Positions 1 through 8,755 of a stretch of 64,000 bases of DNA are shown one piece after another. The DNA is taken from NCBI RefSeq assembly GCF_054482525.1, contig NZ_CM137006.1; one strand, 5' to 3'. Both the position numbers and the translations under genes were made by a program. The stretch's first letter is position 1; each line of letters opens with the position of its first letter. The notes under the pieces are model-generated. The model was not told where the DNA came from. It made no database searches and saw nothing but the letters and a program-made list of their open reading frames with translations.

Positions 1-1
1 C

Positions 2-268
2 AATACTCAGAAAATTTTCCGCTGGGTGGAGAAAGACACCCCTGATGCGGTTAAAAAAATTCAGGCGTTGTTACCAGCTATCGAAAAAGCAATGCCACCT
101 CTGCTGGTGGCCCGAATGCGCAGTCATAGCTCAGCCTATTTTCGGGAACTAGTGGAGACGCGGGAACGACTGGTGAGAGACGCTGATGATTTTGTCGCAG
201 TGGCGATCGCTGGTTTCAACCAGATGAATCGTGGTGGCCCTGCAGGAAATATTGTGGCTGTGCATTGA
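2..268 (+). CDS. 3' end of a phage gene that is open at the window start; unknown function
   Basis: Reading frame is open from base 2 with no upstream stop; first in-frame start in window is GTG at 26. Confidence 0.3.
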   Translation, partial: NTQKIFRWVEKDTPDAVKKIQALLPAIEKAMPPLLVARMRSHSSAYFRELVETRERLVRDADDFVAVAIAGFNQMNRGGPAGNIVAVH

Positions 269-333
269 CTCGCAATATTCATACCGGATCACTTCCGGCA
301 ATTTGTGAGTAAAAAGATTCGGTATCAAAAGAG

Positions 334-1410
334 GTGAGTATGGCTAACGCCTGGCTCAGATTATGGCATGACATGCCAAATGACCCTAAGTGGCGAACAA
401 TTGCCAGGGTGTCAGGGCAGCCAATTGCAACAGTGATGGCAGTGTATATCCACCTCCTGGTGAGCGCGTCACGAAATGTCACGCGAGGTCACATTGATGT
501 CACGACAGAAGATTTGGCAAGTGCGCTCGACGTGACAGAAGAGGTAATTGATTCAATTTTGCAGACGATGCAGGGGCGGGTACTTGATGGTGATTTAATC
601 ACTGGATGGGAAAAACGCCAGGTGCTTAAAGAGGACAACGGCAATATTTCGCAAACCGCAAAATCTCCTGCAGAGCGCAAGAGGGCGCAGCGAGAGAGGG
701 AAAGAAAGCGGGAACAAAATGGCGATTGTCACGGCGCGTCACGAAATGTCACGCACATGTCACGACGAGTCACGACAGATAAAGATACAGATAAAGATAC
801 AGATCAAGAAGATCAAAACACTATGGTCCATGGCGTAAAAAACGCCACGAACCAGGCAGGGGATGTTCAGACCGTCAATCCTGGTCAGCCAGCAGGCACG
901 ACACCGGAAGCCGATTCAGCGTATGCGCTGAAAGCCGATTCGGGCGCTGTGCAGCAGGTGATGACCGCAAGGCCGGAGCAATCACACCAACTGCAGCAGC
1001 CTGAAGCCGATTCCGCCATTCAGCGGGAAGCCGATCGGGTAGTCCCGGAAAGCACCGGGCAGTCTGTGGGACGAGTGGATTATCCGGATGTGTTCGAACA
1101 GGTCTGGCGGGAGTACCCGTTGCGTGCTGGGGCAAACCCGAAGAAATCCGCTTTCAGTGCTTGGAAGGCCAGATTACGCGAGGGGGTGCCACCAGAGGCC
1201 ATGCTGGATGGCGTGAGGCGTTACGCAAGATACTTGGCGGCTACCGGGAAAACGGGAACGGAATTTGTTCAGCGAGCGACGACGTTTTTTGGACCGGATC
1301 GGAATTTTGAGAACCCCTGGTTGCTCCCGGTAAGCGGCACGAACAACCAGCGTTGTGTGAATCATATTTCTGAACCGGATAACGAAATTCCGCCGGGCTT
1401 CAGGGGGTAA
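334..1410 (+). CDS. Putative phage replication protein with DnaT-like C-terminal domain
   Basis: 358 aa; C-terminus ...SEPDNEIPPGFRG resembles the E. coli DnaT C-terminus as recalled; acidic DKDTDKDTDQEDQ linker; two clusters of GTCACG direct repeats inside the ORF. Confidence 0.5.
   Translation: MSMANAWLRLWHDMPNDPKWRTIARVSGQPIATVMAVYIHLLVSASRNVTRGHIDVTTEDLASALDVTEEVIDSILQTMQGRVLDGDLITGWEKRQVLKEDNGNISQTAKSPAERKRAQRERERKREQNGDCHGASRNVTHMSRRVTTDKDTDKDTDQEDQNTMVHGVKNATNQAGDVQTVNPGQPAGTTPEADSAYALKADSGAVQQVMTARPEQSHQLQQPEADSAIQREADRVVPESTGQSVGRVDYPDVFEQVWREYPLRAGANPKKSAFSAWKARLREGVPPEAMLDGVRRYARYLAATGKTGTEFVQRATTFFGPDRNFENPWLLPVSGTNNQRCVNHISEPDNEIPPGFRG
466..780. repeat. Two clusters of iteron-like direct repeats (GTCACG x4 each), candidate phage origin inside the replication gene
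   Basis: gcgcgtcacgaaatgtcacgc...gtcac..gtcacgacag occurs at about 466-510 and again at about 735-780. Confidence 0.5.
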
Positions 1411-1450
1411 GTGTTAATTTCTGGTCATGAGGTAATTTTCAGGAGGGCTT

Positions 1451-1876
1451 GTGGCAAAAGTTTTTACACAAGAAGAGCGGGAAAAAATTAAAGGGCAGGT
1501 TGTTGAACTTGTACGTCTGAGCGGTCGCGAGACGTTGCGGCAACTGGAAGCCAGGACAGGTGCGACAAGATATCTGATGAGTGTTCTCGCCAGAGAGCTG
1601 GTTGCCAGTGGCGATGTATACAACTCTGGTTACGGGTTATTCCCGTCTGAACAGGCGCGTAAGGACTGGCAAAATGCTCGCAAAAAACTCTCAAGGGCAA
1701 AGGTGAAGAAACCTGCAGTGGTTGATCCGGACCTTATCTGGTCGTTACCAGACGGCGAAATACGCCGCTACGACAGGCGCCTGAATATAATCTGTCGCGA
1801 GTGCCGGAAGAGCGAAGCTATGCAGCGTGTACTGGCATTTTATCAAGGAAATGTTAGGTATTTTAGACGTTACTAG
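1451..1876 (+). CDS. Hypothetical phage early protein
   Basis: 141-aa ORF directly downstream of the replication gene, same strand; no family recognised. Confidence 0.4.
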   Translation: MAKVFTQEEREKIKGQVVELVRLSGRETLRQLEARTGATRYLMSVLARELVASGDVYNSGYGLFPSEQARKDWQNARKKLSRAKVKKPAVVDPDLIWSLPDGEIRRYDRRLNIICRECRKSEAMQRVLAFYQGNVRYFRRY

Positions 1877-2029
1877 ATTAAAGAGCATTAGTTCAGATGT
1901 GAATTGACATTTTCATGGCGCAGGGTAGAGCCAGCGTGGTTGTCCGCTTTGCGTCAAAACCAGATATTACCAGATTTAGACATATATTCCCGATAGACCT
2001 GCTCTGATGCTACACTCTGTGCTATTTTC

Positions 2030-2716
2030 ATGACCCCAATAAAAATATTTATGACTATTGCTGATTTCAAACGGCCTAAATTGGAGCTCCCAAACGGGGC
2101 AAACAAACTACTACTGCACTCTTGCTGTGCTCCATGTTCCGGTGAAGTGATGGAGGCGCTTCAGGCCTCGGGAATCGACTACACCATCTTTTTCTACAAC
2201 CCGAACATTCATCCTCAGAAAGAGTATTTAATTCGTAAGGATGAAAATATTCGCTTTGCTGAACAACACGGCGTGCCGTTTATCGATGCTGATTACGACA
2301 CCGACAACTGGTTTGAACGTGCCAAAGGAATGGAATGGGAGCCTGAGAGGGGGATCCGTTGTACCATGTGTTTTGACATGCGTTTTGAGCGGACAGCGTT
2401 GTACGCTGCTGAAAATGGTTTCAGTGTGATCAGCAGTTCACTGGGCATTTCACGCTGGAAAAATATGCAGCAGGTTAACGAGTGTGGGCGGCGAGCTGTT
2501 GCGCATTATCCGGGTATGGTGTACTGGGATTATAACTGGCGCAAGCAGGGCGGCTCGTCCCGTATGATTGAAATCAGCAAGCGCGAAAAATTCTATCAGC
2601 AGGAATATTGTGGCTGTGTGTATTCTCTGCGCGATACCAATCTACACCGCAAATCTCAGGGACGCCCTCTTATCAAAATTGGCCAACTCCACTACGGAAA
2701 AGAAGAGAAGGAGTGA
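2030..2716 (+). CDS. queH: QueH-like (DUF208) epoxyqueuosine reductase
   Basis: 228 aa with [11 protein letters not shown] near the N-terminus, [20 protein letters not shown] and C-terminal QEYCGCVYS motifs, recalled as the QueH cysteine signature; own upstream TTGACA at 1904-1909. Confidence 0.6.
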   Translation: MTPIKIFMTIADFKRPKLELPNGANKLLLHSCCAPCSGEVMEALQASGIDYTIFFYNPNIHPQKEYLIRKDENIRFAEQHGVPFIDADYDTDNWFERAKGMEWEPERGIRCTMCFDMRFERTALYAAENGFSVISSSLGISRWKNMQQVNECGRRAVAHYPGMVYWDYNWRKQGGSSRMIEISKREKFYQQEYCGCVYSLRDTNLHRKSQGRPLIKIGQLHYGKEEKE

Positions 2717-2952
2717 TTTTATGGATCACCTTTCTGATTGATTTTATATTGGCGAGGTAACGGGAGTTAAGTAGAATGGCTGCGGGTGCTTGAGGCTATC
2801 TGTCTCAGGCATGAACACCAAAGGCAGATAGAGAAAAGCCCCAGTTAACATTACGCGTCCTGCAAGACGCTTAACATTAATCTGAGGCTCAATCTATGAA
2901 CGGCAAATCTAGGTTAGCCTCTTACGTGCCGAAAGGCAAGGAGAAGCAGGCT

Positions 2953-3108
2953 ATGAAGCAGCAAAAGGCGATGTTAATCGCCCTGATCGTCATCTGTTTA
3001 ACCGTCATTGTGACGGCACTGGTAACGAGGAAAGACCTCTGCGAGGTACGAATCCGAACCGGCCAGACGGAGGTCGCTGTCTTCACAGCTTACGAACCTG
3101 AGGAGTAA
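2953..3108 (+). CDS. hokD: Hok/Gef-family type I toxin; in-frame Mok-like N-terminal extension begins at 2896
   Basis: MKQQKAMLIALIVICLTVIVTALVTRKDLCEVRIRTGQTEVAVFTAYEPEE (51 aa) matches Hok/Gef/RelF as recalled; GCTTGAGGC leader motif at about 2788-2800. Confidence 0.7.
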   Translation: MKQQKAMLIALIVICLTVIVTALVTRKDLCEVRIRTGQTEVAVFTAYEPEE

Positions 3109-3251
3109 GAGACCTGGCGGGGGAGAAATCCCTCGCCACCTCTGATGTGTCAGGCATCCTCAACGCACCCGCACTTAACCCGCTTCGGCGTTTTTTCCGT
3201 TGATTAACTCTAGTTATTAGAGAACCGAACTTTTATTGATGGGGCAGGGAG

Positions 3252-3644
3252 ATGAAGAAACTTGTTTTAGTCGCAGGTGTAATGATTGCAACAGTAATGT
3301 TGGGAGGGTGTGCAGCAAAGATCGATCCAGCGTTGAAAGCAGAAGCAATGAAGCCACTAACATGTAATGATGAAAAGCAATGTGACTTTTATTGGAAACG
3401 AGCGCAATTCTGGTTGGCTAATAATTCCTCATGGAAAATTCAAACGGCGACAGACACGCTAATTTCCACTTATAATCCCTCTCCAAATAGTCCATTCCTC
3501 GCTTATCAAGTGAGTAAAATGCCAAATGAAGATGGATCCTCAAGAATTTTCATCAAGCCTTTTTGCGATAATATGTTTGGCTGTCAACCAAACCCCTATC
3601 AGGCAGTTGTTTCCTTTAAAAACTTCGTTAAAACAGGGCAGTAG
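3252..3644 (+). CDS. Predicted lipoprotein of unknown function
   Basis: 130 aa; signal peptide with lipobox (VMLGGCAA); four further Cys; RBS ggga 7 nt upstream. Confidence 0.55.
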   Translation: MKKLVLVAGVMIATVMLGGCAAKIDPALKAEAMKPLTCNDEKQCDFYWKRAQFWLANNSSWKIQTATDTLISTYNPSPNSPFLAYQVSKMPNEDGSSRIFIKPFCDNMFGCQPNPYQAVVSFKNFVKTGQ

Positions 3645-3843
3645 TGTATAGCTTGGACGATAAATTATTAGTGAAAACGCCGTAAACCCTCACCCAATGT
3701 GGACTAAGTCTATCAAACATGACTGTGATGATTAGTCCGTAGTTGTTGTCTATGAAATCTGGATTGAGTCAGGGTTTAATCCAATAATTATTCTATCGTT
3801 CCTTTACAAGTCCGGTATATTACTTTCAGTTTGTTTTAGCATA

Positions 3844-3868
3844 CCCGCTTCGGCGGGTTTTGTTTTTT
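3844..3868 (+). terminator. Rho-independent terminator
   Basis: cccgcttcggcggg hairpin followed by a T-run. Confidence 0.5.
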
Positions 3869-3940
3869 CCTGGCATTCTGGTTTACAATTCGCACGCCAG
3901 CCTGAACAACTGGCACCTGCTGCGCCAGCAGAGACAACCG

Positions 3941-4219
3941 ATGGCGCACGATACCAAATTACACAATTCTGATGATTCTGCCGTCTTTGCCAGCAGGCAC
4001 GGGCGGCGTTCCCGCACTTTCAAATCTGACTGGTTCCAGCATGACCCATGTACTGAAGAACAGGCCGAATGGCTAATTCATAACTATCGCAGACGCGGAT
4101 ACGAGATTAAGAAAGCCCTCAGCCTCGATTATCGTCACTGGATAATCTATGTCAGGCTCCCTTATTCCGAACGCCCACCGCGCCCATCCCGCACATACCA
4201 GCAACGGATCTGGAGGTAA
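3941..4219 (+). CDS. Hypothetical nin-region protein (possibly YbcO/DUF1364-like)
   Basis: ORF 3860-4219; internal Met at 3941 (MAHDTKLHNSDD...) chosen because a terminator occupies 3844-3868. Confidence 0.35.
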   Translation: MAHDTKLHNSDDSAVFASRHGRRSRTFKSDWFQHDPCTEEQAEWLIHNYRRRGYEIKKALSLDYRHWIIYVRLPYSERPPRPSRTYQQRIWR

Positions 4220-5270
4220 CGTGCGGATATTACTTCGACCTGTTCTGGTACCGGAACTCGGGCTGGTGGTCCTTAGGCCGGGCCGTGAATCCATGCAAGT
4301 ATTTCATAACCCTCGAGTGCTGGTGGAGCCTGAACCGAAAAGCATGCGCGGTCTGCCGTCCGGAGTCGTCCCTGCCGTTCGCCAGCCGCTGGCGGAGGAT
4401 AAATCATTACTGCCATTTTTCAGCGATGAGCGGGTGATTCGTGCTGCTGGCGGCGCTGGGGCGCTGTCTGACTGGCTGTTGCGTCATGTCAAATCCTGCC
4501 AGTGGCCTCATGGTGACTATCATCACAGTGAAATCGTCATACATCGTTACGGTACCAGCGCGATGGTGTTGTGCTGGCACTGCGACAACCAGTTGCGTGA
4601 CCAGACATCCGAATCACTCGGGCAACTTGCTCATCAAAACCTGTCAGCATGGATGATTGACGTCATACGCCATGCAATGAATGGCACGCAGGAGCGGGAA
4701 TTGTCGCTGGCTGAATTATCTTGGTGGGCGGTCTGCAATCAGGTGGCGGACGCGCTTCCGGAGGCAGTATTACGTCGTTCTCTGGGGGTACGTGCGGAAA
4801 AAATCCGCTCCTTGTACCGCGAAAGCGACATCGTACCGGGAGAGCAGACCGCCACCAGCATACTGAAGCAGCGCACAAAAAATCTTGCGCCGTTGCCTCA
4901 TGCCCACCAGCAACAGAACCCACCACAGGAAAAGACGGTGGTATGCATCACCGTTGATCCGGAGTCTCCGGAATCTTTCATGAGGCGACCTAAACGTCGC
5001 CGTTGGCTAAATGAGAAATATACGCGCTGGGTGAAGACACAGCCGTGTGCGTGTTGTGGTCAGCCAGCCGACGATCCCCATCACCTGATTGGTCACGGTC
5101 AGGGAGGGATGGGAACAAAGGCCCACGATATTTTCACGCTACCGTTGTGCCGGGAACATCACAACGAACTTCATGCGGATCCGCTGGCGTTCGAAGAAAA
5201 GCATGGTTCCCAGGTTGATTTAATTTTTCGTTTTCTTGATCACGCCTTTGCAACCGGCGTGCTCGGGTAA
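4149..5270 (+). CDS. DUF968-like protein with C-terminal HNH-type zinc motif
   Basis: C-terminus CACCGQPADDPHHLIGHGQGGMGTKAHDIFTLPLCREHHNELH; same position as ydfU-type genes upstream of rusA/Q in E. coli prophages; start ambiguous (4149 or 4290). Confidence 0.5.
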   Translation: MSGSLIPNAHRAHPAHTSNGSGGNVRILLRPVLVPELGLVVLRPGRESMQVFHNPRVLVEPEPKSMRGLPSGVVPAVRQPLAEDKSLLPFFSDERVIRAAGGAGALSDWLLRHVKSCQWPHGDYHHSEIVIHRYGTSAMVLCWHCDNQLRDQTSESLGQLAHQNLSAWMIDVIRHAMNGTQERELSLAELSWWAVCNQVADALPEAVLRRSLGVRAEKIRSLYRESDIVPGEQTATSILKQRTKNLAPLPHAHQQQNPPQEKTVVCITVDPESPESFMRRPKRRRWLNEKYTRWVKTQPCACCGQPADDPHHLIGHGQGGMGTKAHDIFTLPLCREHHNELHADPLAFEEKHGSQVDLIFRFLDHAFATGVLG

Positions 5271-5282
5271 AAGAGGTTACTG

Positions 5283-5642
5283 ATGCGTATAGAGTTTGTT
5301 TTGCCTTATCCGCCGACGGTGAATACTTACTGGCGACGTCGTGGCAACACATATTTTGTATCAAAAGTCGGTGAGCGTTATCGCCGTGATGTGGCACTAA
5401 TTGTTCGCCAGCAGCGGTTGAAATTAAACCTGTCCGGAAGGCTGGCAATAAAAATTATTGCAGAGCCACCGGATAAGCGCCGCCGCGACCTGGACAATAT
5501 CCTGAAGGCACCACTGGATGCGCTGACGCATGCCGGACTTCTCATAGACGACGAGCAGTTTGATGAAATCAATATTGTGCGCGGACTGCCTGTTCCTGGT
5601 GGTCGGCTGGGGATAAAAATCACAGAACTGGAGTGCGCATGA
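5283..5642 (+). CDS. rusA: Holliday junction resolvase RusA
   Basis: 119 aa; LPYPPTVNTYW, RRRDLDNILKAPLDAL and GGRLGIKITELE align with RusA as recalled. Confidence 0.8.
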   Translation: MRIEFVLPYPPTVNTYWRRRGNTYFVSKVGERYRRDVALIVRQQRLKLNLSGRLAIKIIAEPPDKRRRDLDNILKAPLDALTHAGLLIDDEQFDEINIVRGLPVPGGRLGIKITELECA

Positions 5643-6328
5643 ATAACCAGTATTTACAGTTTGTGCGTGAGCAGCTCATTATCGCCACCGCTGATTTGAG
5701 TGGGGCAACAAAAGGTCAGCTTGAAGCCTGGCAAGAGAATGCCATGTTCGATACAGGGCGTTACAGGCGAAAAAAAATCCGGTACCGCGATGAAGTGACT
5801 GGAAAAATGATAACGCGGGATAATCCACCAATCCCGGGAAAGCAATCGCTGGCGAAGGGGACGTCAATTCCTCTGGTCAGTCCGGTTGAGTTTTCGACAT
5901 CATCGTGGCGGCGGGCTGTTTTGTCTCTTGAAGAACATCATAAAGCCTGGTTGTTGTGGTGTTACAGCGGGAGTATTTGTTGGGAATATCAGATCGCGAT
6001 AACACAGTGGGCGTGGAATGAATTTAATACTCAATCCGGTACCAGAAAAATTGCAGGGAAAACGCAGGAACGCCTGAAAAAATTAATCTGGCTGGCGGCG
6101 CAGGCAGTAAAAGCAGAACTTTTTGGTGGGGAAGGTTATGAATACCAGGAGCTGGCATTACTGGCGGGAGTGACAACTAAAAACTGGTCCAAAACATTTA
6201 CTCGTCACTGGGTTGCAATGAAACACATTTTTCACCGACTTGATAGTGAGGCTTTATTGTTTGTAATGAGAACACGTTCAAAACAAAAGGCGGCATTTTC
6301 AAAGCAAAGTATTGCAAAAGTAGATTGA
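5633..6328 (+). CDS. Putative late-gene antiterminator (Q-like)
   Basis: 231 aa directly downstream of rusA and upstream of a terminator, tRNA cluster and lysis genes; assignment by position only. Confidence 0.45.
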   Translation: MRMNNQYLQFVREQLIIATADLSGATKGQLEAWQENAMFDTGRYRRKKIRYRDEVTGKMITRDNPPIPGKQSLAKGTSIPLVSPVEFSTSSWRRAVLSLEEHHKAWLLWCYSGSICWEYQIAITQWAWNEFNTQSGTRKIAGKTQERLKKLIWLAAQAVKAELFGGEGYEYQELALLAGVTTKNWSKTFTRHWVAMKHIFHRLDSEALLFVMRTRSKQKAAFSKQSIAKVD

Positions 6329-6393
6329 AAGGCATATATTTCATGCAAATCTGATATTTTGCCGATTTTGTACGTGATGGCAAAAGCAAACAA

Positions 6394-6418
6394 AACCCGC
6401 CCACAAGCGGGTTTTTTG
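6394..6418 (+). terminator. Rho-independent terminator downstream of Q-like gene (tR'-like)
   Basis: aacccgcccacaagcgggtt hairpin followed by tttttt. Confidence 0.55.
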
Positions 6419-6484
6419 TGCCACTTATCTCGGATAGACATGGTGAATGCGCTAGTGGAGGAGATAAGGGTGATTTTTGAATGC

Positions 6485-6513
6485 TTGCAACATTGATTTC
6501 GTAACGTTATTAT
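6485..6513 (+). promoter_or_regulatory. Candidate sigma70 promoter for the tRNA cluster
   Basis: TTGCAA, 17-bp spacer, TATTAT, then GC-rich discriminator cctgcgcc just before tRNA 1. Confidence 0.4.
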
Positions 6514-6522
6514 CCTGCGCCC

Positions 6523-6598
6523 GGCCCTTTAGCTCAGTGGTGAGAGCGAGCGACTCATAATCGCCAGGTCGCTGGTTCAAATCCAGCAAGGGCCACCA
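6523..6598 (+). tRNA. tRNA with CAT anticodon (Ile2/Met-type)
   Basis: 76 nt cloverleaf ending CCA; anticodon loop CTCATAA; close to E. coli ileX as recalled. Confidence 0.7.
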
Positions 6599-6599
6599 G

Positions 6600-6676
6600 C
6601 CGCCACTAGCTCATCAGGAAAGAGCGTCAACCCTTTAAGTTGAGTGTGCGAGGTTCGAGTCCCCGGTGGCGGTCCA
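6600..6676 (+). tRNA. Atypical tRNA-like gene (anticodon loop CCTTTAA, UUU with C33); possibly non-canonical or pseudo-tRNA
   Basis: 77 nt; acceptor CCGCCAC/GTGGCGG plus T-CCA; D-arm GCTC/GAGC; T-loop TTCGAGT; one A-C mismatch in T-stem. Confidence 0.4.
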
Positions 6677-6678
6677 GT

Positions 6679-6754
<76 letters not shown>

Positions 6755-6757
6755 TAT

Positions 6758-6832
<75 letters not shown>

Positions 6833-7037
6833 GTTAGAGTCTTTCAGTCTGCGATGATGGGAAATCCCGGAGTGACTGAAAGACGTTTAAGTTATGAATG
6901 ATCGCTTTTTTTGCAAAATTGCTGTGCAGAAATACTAACCTTCGGGCAGGCGATCATTCATAAGCACTCTGCTTTTATTCCGATTAACTGTGGGTGGTTT
7001 GTTGGATAGAGTGCTTCCCTTACTGTATATATCGTTT

Positions 7038-7063
7038 CGCCCGCTTTTGCGGGTTTTTCTTTT
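7038..7063 (+). terminator. Rho-independent terminator between tRNA cluster and holin
   Basis: gcccgcttttgcggg hairpin followed by a T-run. Confidence 0.5.
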
Positions 7064-7123
7064 CAAATCCCTTTCATTTCTCAGTGTAAAACTACGCCAT
7101 CCGTTATTTGCGGAGGTGAGGCT

Positions 7124-7339
7124 ATGAAATCCATGGACAAAATTTCAACGGGCATTGCCTACGGCACCTCCGCAGGCAGTGCTGGCTACTGGTTTTTACA
7201 GTGGCTTGATCAGGTCAGTCCGTCACAGTGGGCTGCGATTGGTGTACTGGGGAGTCTGGTTCTGGGCTTCCTGACTTATCTGACAAATCTGTACTTCAAA
7301 ATCAGAGAAGACAAGCGTAAGGCTGCACGGGGAGAGTAA
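7124..7339 (+). CDS. S: Class II holin (phage 21 S-like pinholin)
   Basis: 71 aa; [26 protein letters not shown]... with dual-start MKSM; matches S21 as recalled. Confidence 0.8.
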   Translation: MKSMDKISTGIAYGTSAGSAGYWFLQWLDQVSPSQWAAIGVLGSLVLGFLTYLTNLYFKIREDKRKAARGE

Positions 7340-7343
7340 TTCA

Positions 7344-7694
7344 ATGACTCAAAACTATGAACTGATTGTGAAAGGGATCCGCAATTTTGAGAATAAAGTT
7401 ACGGTAACTTTAGCGTTACGGGACAAAAAACGCTTTGACGGCGAAATTTTTGACCTGGACATCTCGCTGGACCGTGTTGAAGGTGCCGCGCTGGAGTTTT
7501 ATGAGGCAGCAGCCAGAAGGAGCATCAGACAGGTCTTCCTGGATGTTGCTGCCGGGTTATGTGAAGGGGATGAGCAGTCGCCGGAAAAGCGCCCCGTAAT
7601 TTTAGAGGCGCAGAATGTGTGGATAACCTACAAAGGAAAGCTACCAGGAAGAATTACTGGTTCTCTGAAGACTCCTCCGGAATCACAACCTTAA
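7344..7694 (+). CDS. Hypothetical protein between holin and endolysin (YdfR/DUF1327-like by position)
   Basis: 116-aa ORF 4 nt after the holin stop; Qin prophage has ydfR in the same position. Confidence 0.4.
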   Translation: MTQNYELIVKGIRNFENKVTVTLALRDKKRFDGEIFDLDISLDRVEGAALEFYEAAARRSIRQVFLDVAAGLCEGDEQSPEKRPVILEAQNVWITYKGKLPGRITGSLKTPPESQP

Positions 7695-7757
7695 GTCACT
7701 GACCGGAACAGATAAACCTGTCCGTGGGCAGAAACCGATAAATCCTGATAAATATCC

Positions 7758-8291
7758 ATGAACGCAAAAATCAGATACGGCCTGTCGGCTGCCGTTCTGG
7801 CACTGATTGCCGTCGGTGCGCCCGCGCCTGATATTCTCGACCAGTTTCTGGATGAAAAAGAAGGTAACCACACAACGGCATACCGCGATGGTTCCGGCAT
7901 CTGGACCATCTGTCGGGGTGCCACGATGGTGGATGGAAAACCCGTTTTTCCCGGTATGAAACTGTCGAAGGAAAAATGCGACCAGGTCAACGCCATTGAG
8001 CGTGATAAGGCGCTGGCATGGGTGGAGCGCAATATTAAAGTACCACTGACCGAACCACAAAAAGCGGGTATCGCGTCATTTTGTCCCTATAACATTGGCC
8101 CCGGTAAGTGTTTTCCATCGACGTTTTATAAGCGGCTGAATGCTGGTGATCGTAAGGGCGCATGCGAGGCGATTCGCTGGTGGATAAAAGATGGTGGGCG
8201 CGATTGCCGCATACGTTCAAATAACTGCTATGGACAGGTTATTCGTCGTGACCAGGAAAGCGCATTAGCCTGTTGGGGAATAGATCAGTGA
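7758..8291 (+). CDS. R: SAR endolysin (T4-lysozyme-like, GH24)
   Basis: 177 aa; N-terminal hydrophobic signal-anchor-release stretch; catalytic motif [16 protein letters not shown]. Confidence 0.8.
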   Translation: MNAKIRYGLSAAVLALIAVGAPAPDILDQFLDEKEGNHTTAYRDGSGIWTICRGATMVDGKPVFPGMKLSKEKCDQVNAIERDKALAWVERNIKVPLTEPQKAGIASFCPYNIGPGKCFPSTFYKRLNAGDRKGACEAIRWWIKDGGRDCRIRSNNCYGQVIRRDQESALACWGIDQ

Positions 8292-8755
8292 GCAGAGTCG
8301 CCGCGATTATTTATGCTCTGGTTATCTGCATCATCGTCTGCCTGTCGTGGGCGGTCAATCATTACCGTGATAACGCCATCACCTACAAAGAACAGCGTGA
8401 TAAAAAAGTCAGTGAGCTGAAGCAGCTGACCGCCACCATCGCTGACATGCAGCAGCGTCAGCGTGATGTTGCTGCGCTCGATGCAAAGTACTCGAGAGAA
8501 TTAGCCAATGCGAAAGCTGAAAATGAAACTCTGCGCGCTGATGTTGCCGCTGGTCGTAAGCGCCTGCGGGTCAATGCCAGTTGCTCCGCAGCCGTGCGTG
8601 AAGCCACCGGACCCACCAGCGTGGATAATGCAACCAGCCCCAGACTGGCAGACACCGCTGAACGGGATTATTTCACCCTCAGAGAACGGTTGATGACGAT
8701 GCAGAAGCAACTGGAAGGGGCACAGCTATACATTCGTGAGCAATGTCTCAGATAA
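8273..8755 (+). CDS. Rz: Spanin inner-membrane subunit (Rz-like)
   Basis: N-terminal TM segment, coiled-coil body, overlaps endolysin 3' end; Rz1 ORF embedded in +1 frame. Confidence 0.6.
   Translation: MGNRSVSRVAAIIYALVICIIVCLSWAVNHYRDNAITYKEQRDKKVSELKQLTATIADMQQRQRDVAALDAKYSRELANAKAENETLRADVAAGRKRLRVNASCSAAVREATGPTSVDNATSPRLADTAERDYFTLRERLMTMQKQLEGAQLYIREQCLR
8508..8693 (+). CDS. Rz1: Spanin outer-membrane lipoprotein (Rz1-like), embedded in Rz
   Basis: 61 aa; lipobox LVVSAC; proline-rich mature part. Confidence 0.7.
   Translation: MRKLKMKLCALMLPLVVSACGSMPVAPQPCVKPPDPPAWIMQPAPDWQTPLNGIISPSENG

Noticed and set aside
6330-6390. Late promoter (pR'-like) immediately downstream of the Q-like gene
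   Set aside because: No convincing -35/-10 pair found by eye in the 60 bp before the terminator; left unannotated.
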